NCBI GenBank assembly: GCA_963715985.1 | Contig: CAVQSP010000015.1 | Coordinates: 64,001-128,000, forward strand | Direction: 5' to 3' | Source: an uncultured Thermoleophilia bacterium | GTDB lineage: Bacteria; Actinomycetota; Thermoleophilia; UBA2241 | DNA: 64,000 nucleotides | Part shown: positions 11,799-24,445 of the stretch, in pieces | Layout: each line of letters opens with the position of its first letter | Numbering within the stretch: position 1 is the stretch's first letter | Translations under genes and position numbers: made by a program | Notes under the pieces: generated by a model | Databases searched by the model: none | Seen by the model: only the letters and a program-made list of their open reading frames with translations | Told to the model about the DNA's origin: nothing

Positions 11799-11845
11799 AC
11801 GGCACCCCTTTCGTCAGCACACCCGACAGGTACTCGCGGCGGGCC

Positions 11846-13055
11846 TCAGGCCACCGCGAGCGCCTGCTCCAGGTCGGCGATCAGGTCGCCGGCGTCCTCG
11901 ATGCCCACCGAGTAGCGGATCAGCCCCTCCGGGATGCCCATCGCCTCGCGCTCCTCAGGGCTGCACTCCACGTGGCTCGTGGTGGCCGGCGGGCCGGCGA
12001 CCGTCTCCACGGCGCCCAGGTTGGCGGCGCGGTGGGCCAGGCGCAGCCTGGGCAACACGCGCCGCACGGCCTCGAAGCCGCCGTCCAGCATGAAGCTGAG
12101 TACGCCGCCGTAGCCGCGCATCTGACGGACGGCGACGTCGTGGTCCAGATGGCTCTCGAGGCCCGGGTAGTTGACCTTGACGACCCCGGGCCTGCCCTCC
12201 AGCCAGCCGGCGATGCGCAGGGCGCTCTCGTTCTGGCGCGCGATGCGCAGGGCCAGCGTCTTCATGCCGCGCAAGAGCAGATAGGCGGCCATCGGGTCGA
12301 GCGATGCCCCGGTGATCTCGCGGTAGTGGTACACCTTGGCCACGAGGTCGGGAGCGCCGCAGTATCACGCCGCCGAGCGCGTCGGCGTGCCCGCCGAGGA
12401 ACTTGGTGGCGCTGTGGACGACGAGGTCCACGCCCAGCGCCAGCGGGTTCTGGTTGATCGGCGTGGCGAAGGTGTTGTCGGCCAGCACGACGGCGCCCGC
12501 CTCGTGCCCCGCGACGGCCAGCCGGGCGATGTCCAGCACCTTCAGCGTCGGGTTGGTGGGCGTCTCCAGGTACAGCAGGTCGCAGCCACGCGCGACGGCC
12601 GCCTCGATCTCCTCGTGATCGCTCGTGTCGATGAGGTCCACTACCACGCCGATGCGCGGCAGGAAGTCGACGAACATCTGGTTGGTCCCTCCGTACGTGT
12701 CCTTGACCGAGACGACGCGGTCGCCGGGGCCGAGCAGGGCGAAGAGGCTGTTGCTGATGGCGGCCATGCCCGTGGCGAAGCTGGTGGCCGCCTCCCCGCC
12801 CTCGAGCACCCGCACCTTCTCCTCGAAGGCCTGGGTGGTCGGGTTGGTGTTGCGTGAGTAGATGTGACCGGGCGCCTTGCCCTGCGCCACCTCGAGCCAC
12901 GCGTCGACGTCCGCATAGCCGTAGGCGGCGCTGTAGACCACGGGCACCTGCGTGGCGCCCTGCACCAGATACTCGTCCTCGCCGGCCCACACGGCCTGCG
13001 TGTCGCGTGAGATCCGGGCAACGTTCGGCTCGGATGCTGCGGGTGTGTCGCTCAT
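11846..13055 (-). CDS. Cystathionine gamma-synthase/lyase family PLP enzyme (frameshift near 12355)
   Basis: YSRNTNPT, ETPTNPTL, DNTFATP, HSATKFLGGH. Continues in another frame with RGMKTLALR, LIRYSVGIED. Confidence 0.88.
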
Positions 13056-13139
13056 GCTCGCGCCCCTCCTGGATCGGCTGCCTGAAAGGGAGTCTACCGC
13101 AGGCTCATGGGGCCAAAGGCCGGCGACCTCCCCCGCCGC

Positions 13140-13170
13140 TTGACCCTACCGCTACGTGAGGGTCTACCCT
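13140..13170 (+). promoter_or_regulatory. MerR-type promoter/operator
   Basis: TTGACC-19 bp-TACCCT with dyad gaccct...agggtc over the spacer, directly upstream of a MerR gene. This is the characteristic MerR long-spacer layout. Confidence 0.8.
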
Positions 13171-13190
13171 GAGCACGGGAGGTGAACGAC

Positions 13191-13949
13191 GTGGCTCACA
13201 CAATCGGCGAGGTCGCGCGGCTGGCTCACGTGAGCGTGCGCACGCTGCACCACTACGACGAGATCGGCCTGCTCCGCCCGTCGGCGCGCAGCGAGGCCGG
13301 CTACCGCCTGTACTCGGAGGACGACCTCGCGCGCCTGCAGCAGGTGTTGCTGTACCGCGAGCTCGGCCTCCCGCTGCGCGACATCGGCGTCCTCATGTCG
13401 GACCCCGCCTTCGAGCGCCGGGGGGCCCTGCTGCGGCAGCGGTCGCAGCTGGCGGCGCGCGAGCGTCGGCTGCGAGCGATGATCGACCTCATCGACAGGA
13501 CCCTGGCGACCACAGGAGGCGCCGCGACCATGACCCACGAGGAGATGTTCGAGGTGTTCGGCGCCTTCGACCCCGCCGCGCACGAGGCCGAAGCCGAGCA
13601 GCGATGGGGCGGCGGCGGCGCCTACGAGGAGTCGCGGAGGCGTACCAAGGCCTACACCAGGACGGACTGGCTCCGCTTCAAGCAGGAGAGCGATGAGGTG
13701 AGCTGGGCGCTGGCGGCGCTCACGGACGAGGGCGCACGCCCGGACGACCCCCGCGCCCTCGAGCTCGCCGAGCGGCACCGCCTGCTCATCGACCGCTGGT
13801 TCTACCCGTGCTCACGGGAGATGCACGCCGCCCTCGGCGAGATCTACGTGGCCGACCCGCGCTTCACGGCGACGTACGACGCGGTCCGCCCGGGTCTGGC
13901 GAAGTACGTCCGCGACGCGACCTCCGCGGCACTCGAGCACGGGGGCTGA
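13191..13949 (+). CDS. MerR family regulator with TipAS antibiotic-recognition domain
   Basis: TIGEVARLAHVSVRTLHHYDEIGLL, EAEQRWG, YVADPRFTATYD...PGLAKYVRDA. Confidence 0.93.
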   Translation: MAHTIGEVARLAHVSVRTLHHYDEIGLLRPSARSEAGYRLYSEDDLARLQQVLLYRELGLPLRDIGVLMSDPAFERRGALLRQRSQLAARERRLRAMIDLIDRTLATTGGAATMTHEEMFEVFGAFDPAAHEAEAEQRWGGGGAYEESRRRTKAYTRTDWLRFKQESDEVSWALAALTDEGARPDDPRALELAERHRLLIDRWFYPCSREMHAALGEIYVADPRFTATYDAVRPGLAKYVRDATSAALEHGG

Positions 13950-14018
13950 ACGGCGGCAGCGACGCGGAGCTGACGCGCCGTCAGGCAGGGGCGGCGGCCT
14001 CGCCGGGCTGACGCGCCG

Positions 14019-15140
14019 TCAGGCCGTGGCGGCGCCGACCGCAGCGCGCGGAGCCAGCAGTAGCGAGGCCGTCAGGCCGAGGAAGGATCCGTATCTGGCC
14101 GCCTCGGCCTCCAGCGCCTCGAGTTGCGGGGCGGTGAACTCCTGCCGGAGCGCGGCCTCGACGACGACGCCGTCCGGCTTCACCGTGCGGCGCCAGAACC
14201 CGGCGAGGCGCCCGTCCAGCAGGATCACCAGCCTGAACACCGGTGGCGCAGCCGGCGACCACCCGGAGCCCGGAGGGGCCACGATGCGCCGGGACTCGCT
14301 GTAGCCCATGATGTACTCGTCGTAGCCCTGCAGCAGGCGGACAGACGGACTGCGGAGTCGCGGTCCGGCACCGTGGCCGGCAGCCACCCAGAAGCTGAAT
14401 CCGCCGATGACCTCGCGTCGCACGCCGGGCCCGGCGGCGTCGAGCGCCGCCCGCACCTCGGCGAGGGTCAGGCTCGCCCATGTCGCGAAGTCCTTCTCCG
14501 TCGCCGGACCATGGCTGCCGAAGTACCGGCGCGCAAGCTCGGCCAGCGCCTCGTCACGCGGCAGGTCGCGCGCGTCCGGCGCCCGCTCCTCGAGCAGCGC
14601 GTAGGCGTGCTGCGCACCACGGCGCGGGCCGCTGCAGATCAGCCCGTCCAGCTCCGCGTTCATGAGGATGTAAGGCAGGCGCTGACCGGCCGCGTCCACG
14701 CCGCCGCGCTCCAGCAGGGCTGCGACCTCGGCGCGGGTCAGCAGGTTCCCGCCGCGCAGGGCGCCCACGAGCAGGGCGGCACTGCGGGCCAGCGTGTCCG
14801 CGTCCAGGCCCAGCTGCCGGAAGCGCGGCGCGTCGCGCAGCCGGATCCGGGGCGCCGTCGCGGTGAGCAGCCAGCGGATGTCGGCCGGCAGCACGAAGTG
14901 CCAGGTCGGTCGCAGCACGTGGGTGCGCAAAATGGCGCCCTCGGACAGGAGCCGCTCGATACCCCCGTCTGTGGCGCCGGCGGTACGGCTGCCGATGGCC
15001 CACTTGGCGGGACCGTAGTCCTGCGCCTGGATGGCGACGAGGCCGCCGACCACGTCCTCGGGGGTGCGAAAGGGTCTCCCGGTCAGGTGCAGCGCGCCCA
15101 GCCGGCGCCGTACCACTCCACCGGTGCAGTCGGCATCCAT
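14019..15140 (-). CDS. AlkZ-like (HTH_42) DNA glycosylase, QxQ subtype
   Basis: AIQAQDY, LRTHVLRPTWHFV, RYFGSHGPATEKDFATW, LLQGYDEYIMGY. Confidence 0.88.
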   Translation of the reverse strand: MDADCTGGVVRRRLGALHLTGRPFRTPEDVVGGLVAIQAQDYGPAKWAIGSRTAGATDGGIERLLSEGAILRTHVLRPTWHFVLPADIRWLLTATAPRIRLRDAPRFRQLGLDADTLARSAALLVGALRGGNLLTRAEVAALLERGGVDAAGQRLPYILMNAELDGLICSGPRRGAQHAYALLEERAPDARDLPRDEALAELARRYFGSHGPATEKDFATWASLTLAEVRAALDAAGPGVRREVIGGFSFWVAAGHGAGPRLRSPSVRLLQGYDEYIMGYSESRRIVAPPGSGWSPAAPPVFRLVILLDGRLAGFWRRTVKPDGVVVEAALRQEFTAPQLEALEAEAARYGSFLGLTASLLLAPRAAVGAATA

Positions 15141-15171
15141 GCCGGTCGCCTCCCCGGTGCGGGCGCCGGAG

Positions 15172-16413
<1,242 letters not shown>

Positions 16414-16458
16414 GTGGCACCTCGTACACCCTGCGCTCGTTGCCGGCCGGGCGTCAGT

Positions 16459-17226
16459 CTACGCGCTGGTACGCCGGGCGACGACCTCCAGCGCGCCGGC
16501 GATGCGGTCCAGCACCGGCACGCGGCTGAGCCTTTCGTCCACGGCGATCAGCTCGCGGGCACAGCGGCTGTATGCCGTGCGCAGGCGCTCGGGCATGCCG
16601 GTGAGGTTGCGCGGCACCAGGTTGGTGCGGCGCAGCGTCTCGACCTCGAAGCCCGTCTGCCGAAGCATCGTGGTGATCTCCGCCGCCGTGAACCTGCGCG
16701 GATGGCCCTCGCCGAGCTGTAGCCGCCGCACGAGCGCCTCCTGCCAGGCGCGCCGTTGGGGCAGCTGGTAGATCAGCAGCCGGCCGCCCGGGCGCAGCAC
16801 CCTGCGCAGCTCCCGCAGCGAGACGAGCTCGTTGCCCGGCACGCTGTACTGGTCGACGTGCTCAAGCACGCCGCAGCTCAGCACGGCGTCGAAGCTGCCG
16901 CCGGCGAAGGGCAACTCCGTCGGGTGCGTGGAGCGCACCACCTCGAGGCCGCGGCACAGCGGGATGTCGGGCAGCGCCGCCGCGGGATCGCCGATGTCGA
17001 ACGCGGTCACGCGGAAGCCTCTGCGTCGCAGCAGGTAGGTCATCTGCCCCCAGCCGCAACCCCAGTCCAGGAGATCGCCGGGCGGTACGCGCGTTGCGAT
17101 GTCGTCGGCGATCCTGAGGTAGCTGAGGATGCCGATCGGCTGATCGAGGTGGATGAAGTCCGGCAGCCCCAGGGCCTTGGCGGCCCGGGCGTTGGCCAGC
17201 AGGAAGTCGAAGTCCGGGTCGGTCAC
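16459..17226 (-). CDS. Class I SAM-dependent methyltransferase (type 11)
   Basis: LLDWGCGWG, LPFAGGSFDAV, LEHV, RVLRPGG. Confidence 0.88.
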   Translation of the reverse strand: MTDPDFDFLLANARAAKALGLPDFIHLDQPIGILSYLRIADDIATRVPPGDLLDWGCGWGQMTYLLRRRGFRVTAFDIGDPAAALPDIPLCRGLEVVRSTHPTELPFAGGSFDAVLSCGVLEHVDQYSVPGNELVSLRELRRVLRPGGRLLIYQLPQRRAWQEALVRRLQLGEGHPRRFTAAEITTMLRQTGFEVETLRRTNLVPRNLTGMPERLRTAYSRCARELIAVDERLSRVPVLDRIAGALEVVARRTSA

Positions 17227-17257
17227 GCAGCCTCCGCGCGCCCATGGGGCGCGGGCG

Positions 17258-17737
17258 CTACCCGCGCCCGCGCCCCATCGCGATCGTCCCCGTGCGCACG
17301 ACCTCGAGCACGCCGAGCGGCTGCAGCAGCGCCAGCAGCGCCTCGAGCTTGTCGTTGGTGCCCACCACGCGCAGGGTGATGGACTTGCGGTCCACGTCCA
17401 CGATCTTGGCCTTGAAGATCTCGGCGATCTGCAGCGCCTCGGTGCGTTTGTCGCCCTCGCCGGCCACGCGCACCAGCAGCAGTTCCGCGGAGACGGAGCT
17501 CGCGGCCTCGAGGTCGCGGATCTTGACCACGTTGATGAGCTTGTGCAGCTGCTTGGTGACCTGGTCCACCGGGTGCTCGTCGCCGTCGATGACGATGGTG
17601 ACGCGCGAGAGCTGCGGGTCTTCGCTGACGCCGACGGCGAGGCTCTCGATGTTGAAGCCGCGGCGCGCGAACAGCCCGGCCACGCGCGTGAGCACGCCGG
17701 GCTTGTTCTCCACGAGGACGGAGAGCGTGTGCTTCAC
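17258..17737 (-). CDS. ilvN: Acetolactate synthase small subunit
   Basis: HTLSVLVENKPGVLTRVAGLFARRGFNIESL, KQLHKLINV. Confidence 0.96.
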   Translation of the reverse strand: MKHTLSVLVENKPGVLTRVAGLFARRGFNIESLAVGVSEDPQLSRVTIVIDGDEHPVDQVTKQLHKLINVVKIRDLEAASSVSAELLLVRVAGEGDKRTEALQIAEIFKAKIVDVDRKSITLRVVGTNDKLEALLALLQPLGVLEVVRTGTIAMGRGRG

Positions 17738-19455
17738 GGCTTCCTCCTCTTCTGCGAGGTGCCGCCGATCATCTCGGTGATCTCGCTGCCGGCCGGCACC
17801 ATCGGGAACACGTTCTCTTCCTGCGACACCTTGAAGTCGATGACGGTGGGGCGGCCGTTGGCGATGGCCTCACGCAGCGCCGGCTCCACCTGGTCCTTCT
17901 CCGTGACCCGCATGCCCACGGCGCCGAACGCCTCGGCGAGCAGCTTGAAGTCGGGCTGGCAGTCGATGCAGGTGAAGGAGTAGCGCTTGTTCCAGAAGAG
18001 GTCCTGCCACTGGCGCACCATGCCCAGATACCCGTTGTTGAGGATGCAGACCACGACGGGCACCTCGAAGCTCACTGCAGTGGCGAGCTCCTGCACGGTC
18101 ATCTGGAAGCCGCCGTCGCCGCAGATGTCGATCACCGTGCGGTCCGGGAGCCCGATCTTGGCGCCGATGCTGGCCGGCAGGCCGAAGCCCATGGTGCCCA
18201 GGCCGCCGGAGCTCACGAACTGCCGCGGGAACGTGTACGTGTAGTACTGCGTGGCCCACATCTGGTGCTGGCCGACGTCGGTGCAGATCACGGCGTCGTG
18301 GGCGGTCACGCGGTCGATCTCCTGGATGACGAACTGCGGGGCCAGCGTACCGTCCGTCGGGTCCTCGTAGTGCAGCGGGAACTCGTCCTTGCGCTCGGCG
18401 ATGCGGGCCAGCCACGGCGCCGTGCGCTCGGGCGACCACTCGAGGCCCTCCAATTCCTTGACCAGGGCGGCGGAGACGTGCTTGGCGTCGCCGACGATGG
18501 GCACGATGGGCGCCACGTTCTTGCCGATCTCGGCCGGGTCGACATCGACATGGACGACGCGCGCGTGCGGCGCGAACGCCTTGAGCTTGCCGGTCACACG
18601 ATCGTCGAAGCGCGCCCCGATGTTGATGAGCAGGTCGCACTCGTGGACGGCGTAGTTGGCCGTCACCGTGCCGTGCATGCCGAGCATGCCCATGGAGAGC
18701 TCGTGCGTCTCGGGGAAGGCGCCAAGGGCCATGAGCGTGGTGGCCACGGGCAGGCGCCGCATCTCCGCCAGGCGCAGGATCTCGGGGGCGGCGTTGGAGC
18801 TGATCACGCCGCCGCCCAGGTAGAGCACGGGCCGCTCGGCCTCGTTGATGACCTTGGCCGCGGCACGGACCTGCTTGATGTGCCCCGTCACGGTGGGCTT
18901 GTAGCCGGGAAGGTCGATCGTCGTGGCCTCGTGGTAGGCCGCCTCGGCGAGCGCGACGTCCACGGGGATGTCGATGACCACCGGACCCGGCCGGCCCGTG
19001 GAGGCGATGTGGAAGGCCTCGTGCACGATGCGCGGCAGGTCGGCCGCGTCCTTGACGAGGTAGGAGTGCTTGACGATCGGCAGGGTCATGCCGGTGATGT
19101 CGGCCTCCTGGAAGGCGTCCGTGCCGATCAGGTCGCTGCGCACCTGCCAGGTGATGGCGACCAGCGGCGAGGAGTCGAGATACGCGGTGGCGATGCCGGT
19201 CACCAGGTTGGCCGCTCCGGGACCGCTGGTGGCCGTGCACACGCCCACCTTGCCGGTGGCGCGGGCGTAGCCGTCGGCGGCGTGCGCGGCGCCCTGCTCG
19301 TGGCGCACCAGCACGTGCCGCAGCCCGGAGTCGTAGAGGGCGTCGTAGAACGGGATGGCGACGCCGCCCGGGTACCCGAAGAGCACGTCGACGCCCTCGT
19401 GCTCGAGGGCCGCCACGAGGGCTCTGGAACCTTTCATCTTCTTGTCTGGAGTCAT
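17734..19455 (-). CDS. ilvB: Acetolactate synthase large subunit
   Basis: [40 protein letters not shown]. Overlaps ilvD and ilvN by 4 bp each. Confidence 0.96.
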   Translation of the reverse strand: MTPDKKMKGSRALVAALEHEGVDVLFGYPGGVAIPFYDALYDSGLRHVLVRHEQGAAHAADGYARATGKVGVCTATSGPGAANLVTGIATAYLDSSPLVAITWQVRSDLIGTDAFQEADITGMTLPIVKHSYLVKDAADLPRIVHEAFHIASTGRPGPVVIDIPVDVALAEAAYHEATTIDLPGYKPTVTGHIKQVRAAAKVINEAERPVLYLGGGVISSNAAPEILRLAEMRRLPVATTLMALGAFPETHELSMGMLGMHGTVTANYAVHECDLLINIGARFDDRVTGKLKAFAPHARVVHVDVDPAEIGKNVAPIVPIVGDAKHVSAALVKELEGLEWSPERTAPWLARIAERKDEFPLHYEDPTDGTLAPQFVIQEIDRVTAHDAVICTDVGQHQMWATQYYTYTFPRQFVSSGGLGTMGFGLPASIGAKIGLPDRTVIDICGDGGFQMTVQELATAVSFEVPVVVCILNNGYLGMVRQWQDLFWNKRYSFTCIDCQPDFKLLAEAFGAVGMRVTEKDQVEPALREAIANGRPTVIDFKVSQEENVFPMVPAGSEITEMIGGTSQKRRKP

Positions 19456-21113
19456 TGAAGCACTGCTCCCTTCTCCGCACCGGAGACGAGTTTGACGTAG
19501 CGGGCGAGGTACCCGGATACGCCGTCGCGCGGCGTGATGGGCGGCTGTGCCGCCCTGCGCCGCGCGATCTCCTCCTCGGAGACGTCGAGCGTGAGGGAGC
19601 GAGCGGGGATGTCGATGCTGATGGTGTCGCCGTCCCGCACGAGGCCGATGACGCCGCCGGCGAAGGCCTCGGGGGCCACGTGGCCGATGGCGGCGCCGCG
19701 CGTGGCGCCGCTGAAGCGCCCGTCGGTGATGAGAGCGACGTCCTTGTCGCGGCCCTGGCCGGCGAGCATGGACGTGGCGCTGAGCATCTCGGGCATGCCG
19801 GGAGCGCCCTTGGGGCCCTCGCCGCGGATGACGACCACGGAGCCGTCGGCGATGTCGCGGGCCGAGATGGCGGCCACGGCCTCCTTCTCGCTCTCGAAGA
19901 CGCGCGCCGGGCCGGTGTGGCGCAGCATCTCGTCGGCCACCGCGCCCTCCTTCACCACGGCGCCCTCGGGCGCGAGGTTGCCGAACAGCACGGCGAGACC
20001 GCCGGTGGCGTGCCACGGGCGGTCGAGCGGGCGGATGACCTCGTCGTCGAGCACGCGGGCGCCGGCCACGGCCTCGCCCACGGTGCCGCCGGCCACGCTG
20101 AGCGCCGAGCCGTCCATGAGGCCGGCGGCGATGAGGCGGTTCATGACCGCCTGGATGCCGCCGGCGAAGTACAGGTCTTCCATGTGATGGGTGCCGGCCG
20201 GGGCGATCTTGCAGATGTGCGGCACCCTGGCCGCCACCTCGTTGATCTGCCGCAGGTCGAACTCCAGCCCGGCCTCGGTGGCGATGGCCGCCAGGTGCAG
20301 CACGGTGTTGGTGCTGCAGCCCAGGCTGGCGTCGGCGGCCAGGGCGTTGCCCACGGCCGCGTCCGTGAAGATGTCGCGCGGCCGCCGGTCGGCGGCGAGC
20401 ACGTCCATGATCTTCTCACCGGTCTGCTTGGCGAAGCGGATGCGCTCGCTGTACGGGGCCGGGATGGTGCCGTTGCCGGGCAGCGCCATGCCGGTGATCT
20501 CGGCGAGACAGTTCATCGAGTTCGCGGTGAACATCCCGGAGCACGAGCCACAGGTGGGGCAGGCACCGCACTCGATGGCCTTGAGCTCGTCGTCGTCGAT
20601 GGTACCGGCCTGGTGCTGGCCCACGGCCTCGAACACGCTGTTGAGGTCGAGGGTGCGCTTCTCGAGGCGGCCGGCCAGCATGGGACCGCCGCCGACCATG
20701 ATGGCGGGCACGTTGAGGCGCATCGCCGCCATGAGCATGCCGGGGACGATCTTGTCGCAGCACGGCACGAGCACGATGGCGTCGAAGGCATGGGCGATGG
20801 TCATCGACTCCACGGTGTCGGCGATGAGCTCGCGGCTGGGCAGCGAGTAGTTCATGCCCAAGTGGTTCATGGCGAGGCCGTCGCAGATGCCCATCACGCC
20901 GAACTCCATGGGCACGCCGCCGGCCGAGCGCACGCCGGCCTTGACCGCCTCGACGATGCCACCGAGGTGCATATGGCCGGGCACGACCTCGCTGTAGGCG
21001 TTGGCGATGCCGATGAACGGGCGCTCCATCTCGGCGTCGCTCACGCCCAGGGCCCGCAACAGCGAGCGATGAGGCGCGCGCGCCACGCCGCGCTTGATCT
21101 CGTCGCTTCTCAC
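19452..21113 (-). CDS. ilvD: Dihydroxy-acid dehydratase
   Basis: [52 protein letters not shown]. Confidence 0.96.
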   Translation of the reverse strand: MRSDEIKRGVARAPHRSLLRALGVSDAEMERPFIGIANAYSEVVPGHMHLGGIVEAVKAGVRSAGGVPMEFGVMGICDGLAMNHLGMNYSLPSRELIADTVESMTIAHAFDAIVLVPCCDKIVPGMLMAAMRLNVPAIMVGGGPMLAGRLEKRTLDLNSVFEAVGQHQAGTIDDDELKAIECGACPTCGSCSGMFTANSMNCLAEITGMALPGNGTIPAPYSERIRFAKQTGEKIMDVLAADRRPRDIFTDAAVGNALAADASLGCSTNTVLHLAAIATEAGLEFDLRQINEVAARVPHICKIAPAGTHHMEDLYFAGGIQAVMNRLIAAGLMDGSALSVAGGTVGEAVAGARVLDDEVIRPLDRPWHATGGLAVLFGNLAPEGAVVKEGAVADEMLRHTGPARVFESEKEAVAAISARDIADGSVVVIRGEGPKGAPGMPEMLSATSMLAGQGRDKDVALITDGRFSGATRGAAIGHVAPEAFAGGVIGLVRDGDTISIDIPARSLTLDVSEEEIARRRAAQPPITPRDGVSGYLARYVKLVSGAEKGAVLQ

Positions 21114-21327
21114 GATTCCCTCATCCTCTCCGCGCACTCGGGGACGGCCGAGGCCACTCTGGCGCCGACCGTGAATGCAGAATGATACCCGAAACCGTCC
21201 GCTCACCGTGAAGCCGGACCGCTCACAGCGACGTGCGCGCGCCCTGCGCGAGCGCACGCGGGATTGGCCGCCGCTCCCCGTGGGCATCGTAGCCCTGAGT
21301 GCCGACAGCGGCGCGGATGCATGGAGA

Positions 21328-21345
21328 TATACCCCCGTGGGTATA
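21328..21345. promoter_or_regulatory. CsoR/CstR/RcnR-type operator
   Basis: TATACCC-ccgt-GGGTATA palindrome about 30 bp upstream of DUF302-trxA. Confidence 0.7.
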
Positions 21346-21377
21346 CGTGGTCATCCCCGTCCTCCAGGAGGTTCGCC

Positions 21378-21770
21378 ATGGACTCAGTCATGTACGGTAT
21401 CGGGCGAGAGCTCGCCGAACCGTTCGATTCAGCGCTGCCGCGCGTGCTCGACGCACTCAAGGCAGAGGGTTTCGGCGTCATCACCGAGATCGACGTGCAG
21501 CAGACCATGAAGGAGAAGCTCGGCGTCGACGGCAGACCACACCGCATCCTCGGCGCCTGCAACCCCAAGCTCGCGCACGCCGCCATGGAAGTAGAGCCGG
21601 ACCTCGGCGTGCTGCTTCCGTGTAACGTCGACGTCTACGAGGTCGACAGTGGCACGCGTGTGGTGGCGATCAATGCCGGCGCCATGATGGGCATGATCGG
21701 CAACGAGGCACTCACGCCCATCGCCGATGAGGTGCAGACCCGGCTGGGTCGCGTCCTCGAGAGCCTGTGA
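21378..21770 (+). CDS. DUF302 domain protein
   Basis: LKAEGFGVITEID, ILGACNP, GVLLPCNV. AGGAGG RBS. Confidence 0.9.
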   Translation: MDSVMYGIGRELAEPFDSALPRVLDALKAEGFGVITEIDVQQTMKEKLGVDGRPHRILGACNPKLAHAAMEVEPDLGVLLPCNVDVYEVDSGTRVVAINAGAMMGMIGNEALTPIADEVQTRLGRVLESL

Positions 21771-21825
21771 CCTGTACACGCGAGATCAAGGCGGGGCCGT
21801 CCCGCCGCGCCAAGGAGGAGTCAAG

Positions 21826-22146
21826 GTGAGCGAAGTCAAGACCCTGACCGACGCGACGTTCGACGACGAGGTGAGCAAGTCCGCGACCCCGATGATCGTG
21901 GACTTCTGGGCGCCCTGGTGCGGCCCGTGCCGCATGGTCGGCCCCGTCATCGACCAGATCGCCGAAGAGCACGCCGGCAAGGTGACCATAGGCAAGGTCA
22001 ACGTCGATGAGAACCCCGGCACCGCCGGCAAGTACGGCATCATGAGCATCCCCACGATCATCCTCTTCAAGGATGGCGAGCCCGCCAAGAAGGTCATCGG
22101 GGCGCGCTCGAAGGCCGATTTCGAGCGCGAGTTCGAGCTGGTCTAA
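21826..22146 (+). CDS. trxA: Thioredoxin
   Basis: VDFWAPWCGPC, MSIPT. AAGGAGG RBS before GTG. Confidence 0.96.
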   Translation: MSEVKTLTDATFDDEVSKSATPMIVDFWAPWCGPCRMVGPVIDQIAEEHAGKVTIGKVNVDENPGTAGKYGIMSIPTIILFKDGEPAKKVIGARSKADFEREFELV

Positions 22147-22337
22147 GCGAGGGCCGACAGGCCCACCGAGTGAACGGGCGGCCGCAGGCCGGCCGTTCGC
22201 GCGTGGGCGGATCTATGGGCGTCCGGCACTCCGCGAGGACGCTCCCTGCCTGCCCTCGTCTCGCGTAGAATCGCTGCGGGACGCTGAGCTGCTTCGCGAG
22301 GTCGAGGCTCAAGTGCTACTCGGGTCACGAGGGGGAT

Positions 22338-24445
22338 GTGCCGCCTGTGATCGCTTGCCCTTCATGCGGGACCGGACTGCCCGACGACGCGCGGTTCTGC
22401 CTTCAGTGCGGGACACGTGTCGCTGCCCCCGTCCCGCACCCCGAGGAGCGCAAGGTCGTGACGACTCTGTTCTGCGACCTCGTCTCGTTCACGGCGATGA
22501 GCGAGACCGCCGACCCCGAGGACGTCGACGCCCTTCTCAGCGGTTACCACGACCTGGCCCTGGAGGGTGATCGAGAACCACGGCGGCACAGTCGAGAAGT
22601 ACATCGGCGACGCCGTAGTGGCCGTGTTCGGCGTGCCTGCGGTGCACGAGGACGACCCGAGCGCGCCGTGGGGCCGCACTGCGCATCCTGAGGGAACTCG
22701 ATGACGCCGGCCTCGCCCGCCCCGACGGCACGCCCCTCCAGGCGCGCTGCGGCGTCAACACCGGCGAAGCTCTGGTGCGCCTCGACGTCGATCCGGCTTC
22801 GGGGCGCGGCTCCTGACGGGCGACGCCGTCAACGTCGCCGCCCGTCTCGAAGCGCAGCGGAACCGGCGGAGTGGTGGTCGGAGGTGCCACCCACTCCCTG
22901 ACCGAACGCGTCATCTCCTATGAACAGCTGCCGCTGCTCGCCCTGAAGGGAAAGACCGAACCGGTCGCGGCCTGGCTCGCACTGGAGGCGAGAAGCAGGA
23001 CCGGCCTCCGAACGCCCGGCGTCGCCGACACCCCGTTCGTCGGGAGGGAGAAGGAGCTGGACGGCCTGCTCGCGACCTTCCAGCATGCGGTCTCCTCAAG
23101 CGAGGCCCGCTTCCTCCTCGTCGTGGGCGAGCCCGGCATTGGCAAGAGCCGCCTCGTCCTCGAGTTCGCCCGCGCCATCGAGGCGCGGTCTGAGCTCGTC
23201 ACCTGGCGCCAGGGCCGCTGCATCGCCTTCGGCGACGACACTGGTTTCGCAGCTCTTGCGGACATCGTCAAGAGCCACGCCGGCATCCTCGATTCCGATG
23301 ACGTCCTCACGTAGAGGCGAAACTGGAGCGGGTCCTTCCCGAGAGCGAGGAGCGGAACTGGCTGCGTCAGCACCTGCGCACGCTGCTCGGCCTTCAAGCG
23401 GCTCCCGCCTCGCGTGACGAGAGCTTCACGGCGTGGTCGCGGTTCTTGGCTCATGTGGCCTCACCGCGCCCGGCCATCTTCGTCCTCGAAGACCTGCACT
23501 GGGCTGGGGAGGGGATGCTGGCCTTCGTCGAGTTCCTGGCAGGCGCCCAGTGGGAGACGCCGGTCACCATGGTGGCCACAGCCCGCCCGGAGTTGCCGGC
23601 GAGGCTGCCCGACTCCCTCGCTCGTGCGGAGCGCCTGACTCGGCTGGTCCTCGAGCCGTTGGACCGCGACGGCGCCCGGCGGCTTCTCTCTTCTTGCTGC
23701 CCGAGCAGGCGGTGAGCGACGGACTCGAGCGCATCCTCGACCTCGTGAGCGGCAACCCGCTCTTTGCGGAGGAATACGTGCGCCTCCTGGTCGATCGCGG
23801 GCTCTCGCCGGAGGCCGATTCAGCTCCTCGGTCCGCAGGAGGAATCGGTATGCCTTTGCCCGACACCGTGCAAGCCGTCATTGCCGCCCGCCTCGATGCG
23901 TTGCCTGCAAGCCACAAGGCAGTGCTGTGCGACGCGGCCGTCCTGGGGGAGACCTTCTGGGACGGTGGCGTCATGGCCCTCTCTGACCGCGATCGGGACG
24001 AGGTCGATGACGTTCTAGCCGCGCTCATCGAGCGACAGTTGGTCAGACCGGTGCGCAGCTCTTCATTGAAGGACGAGAACGAGTACCTGTTCTGGCACGC
24101 CCTAGCCCGCGACGTGGCCTACGAGCAGCTGCCCAGGCGTGCGCGACTGCGAAAGCACCAGGATGCCGGCGAGTGGATCGAGCGCAAGGCCGGTGAACGC
24201 ATCGACGACGTCGCCGAGATCCTTGCGCATCACTTCGACACGGCTCACGGCCTGGCGCAAGCTGCGCGAGGAGGCCCGGCGCCGCTCTCGCGCCGCGAGC
24301 CGGCCACTACCTGTGGCGGGCGGCAACGCGGAACCGCGCGATAGCCGGAGAGACCGCGCAGCGGCAGCTCGGCCGGGCGCTCGAACTTCTGCCCGCCTGA
24401 GTCGCCGCTGCGCACGAACGCCCTGTTCCTGCTGGGCGAACTTCC
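22338..24445 (+). pseudogene. Zinc-ribbon + adenylate/guanylate cyclase + AAA ATPase protein (several frameshifts, 3' truncated)
   Basis: CPSCG..FCLQCG, ERKVVTTLFCDLVSFT, EKYIGDAVVAVFG, GEPGIGKSRL, LEDLHWA, GNPLF, FWHALARDVAY, spread over several frames. Confidence 0.82.

Noticed and set aside
19147-19149. ilvB reads ITWQV where ITGQV is conserved
   Set aside because: A single-base change explains it, so sequencing error is more likely than altered function.
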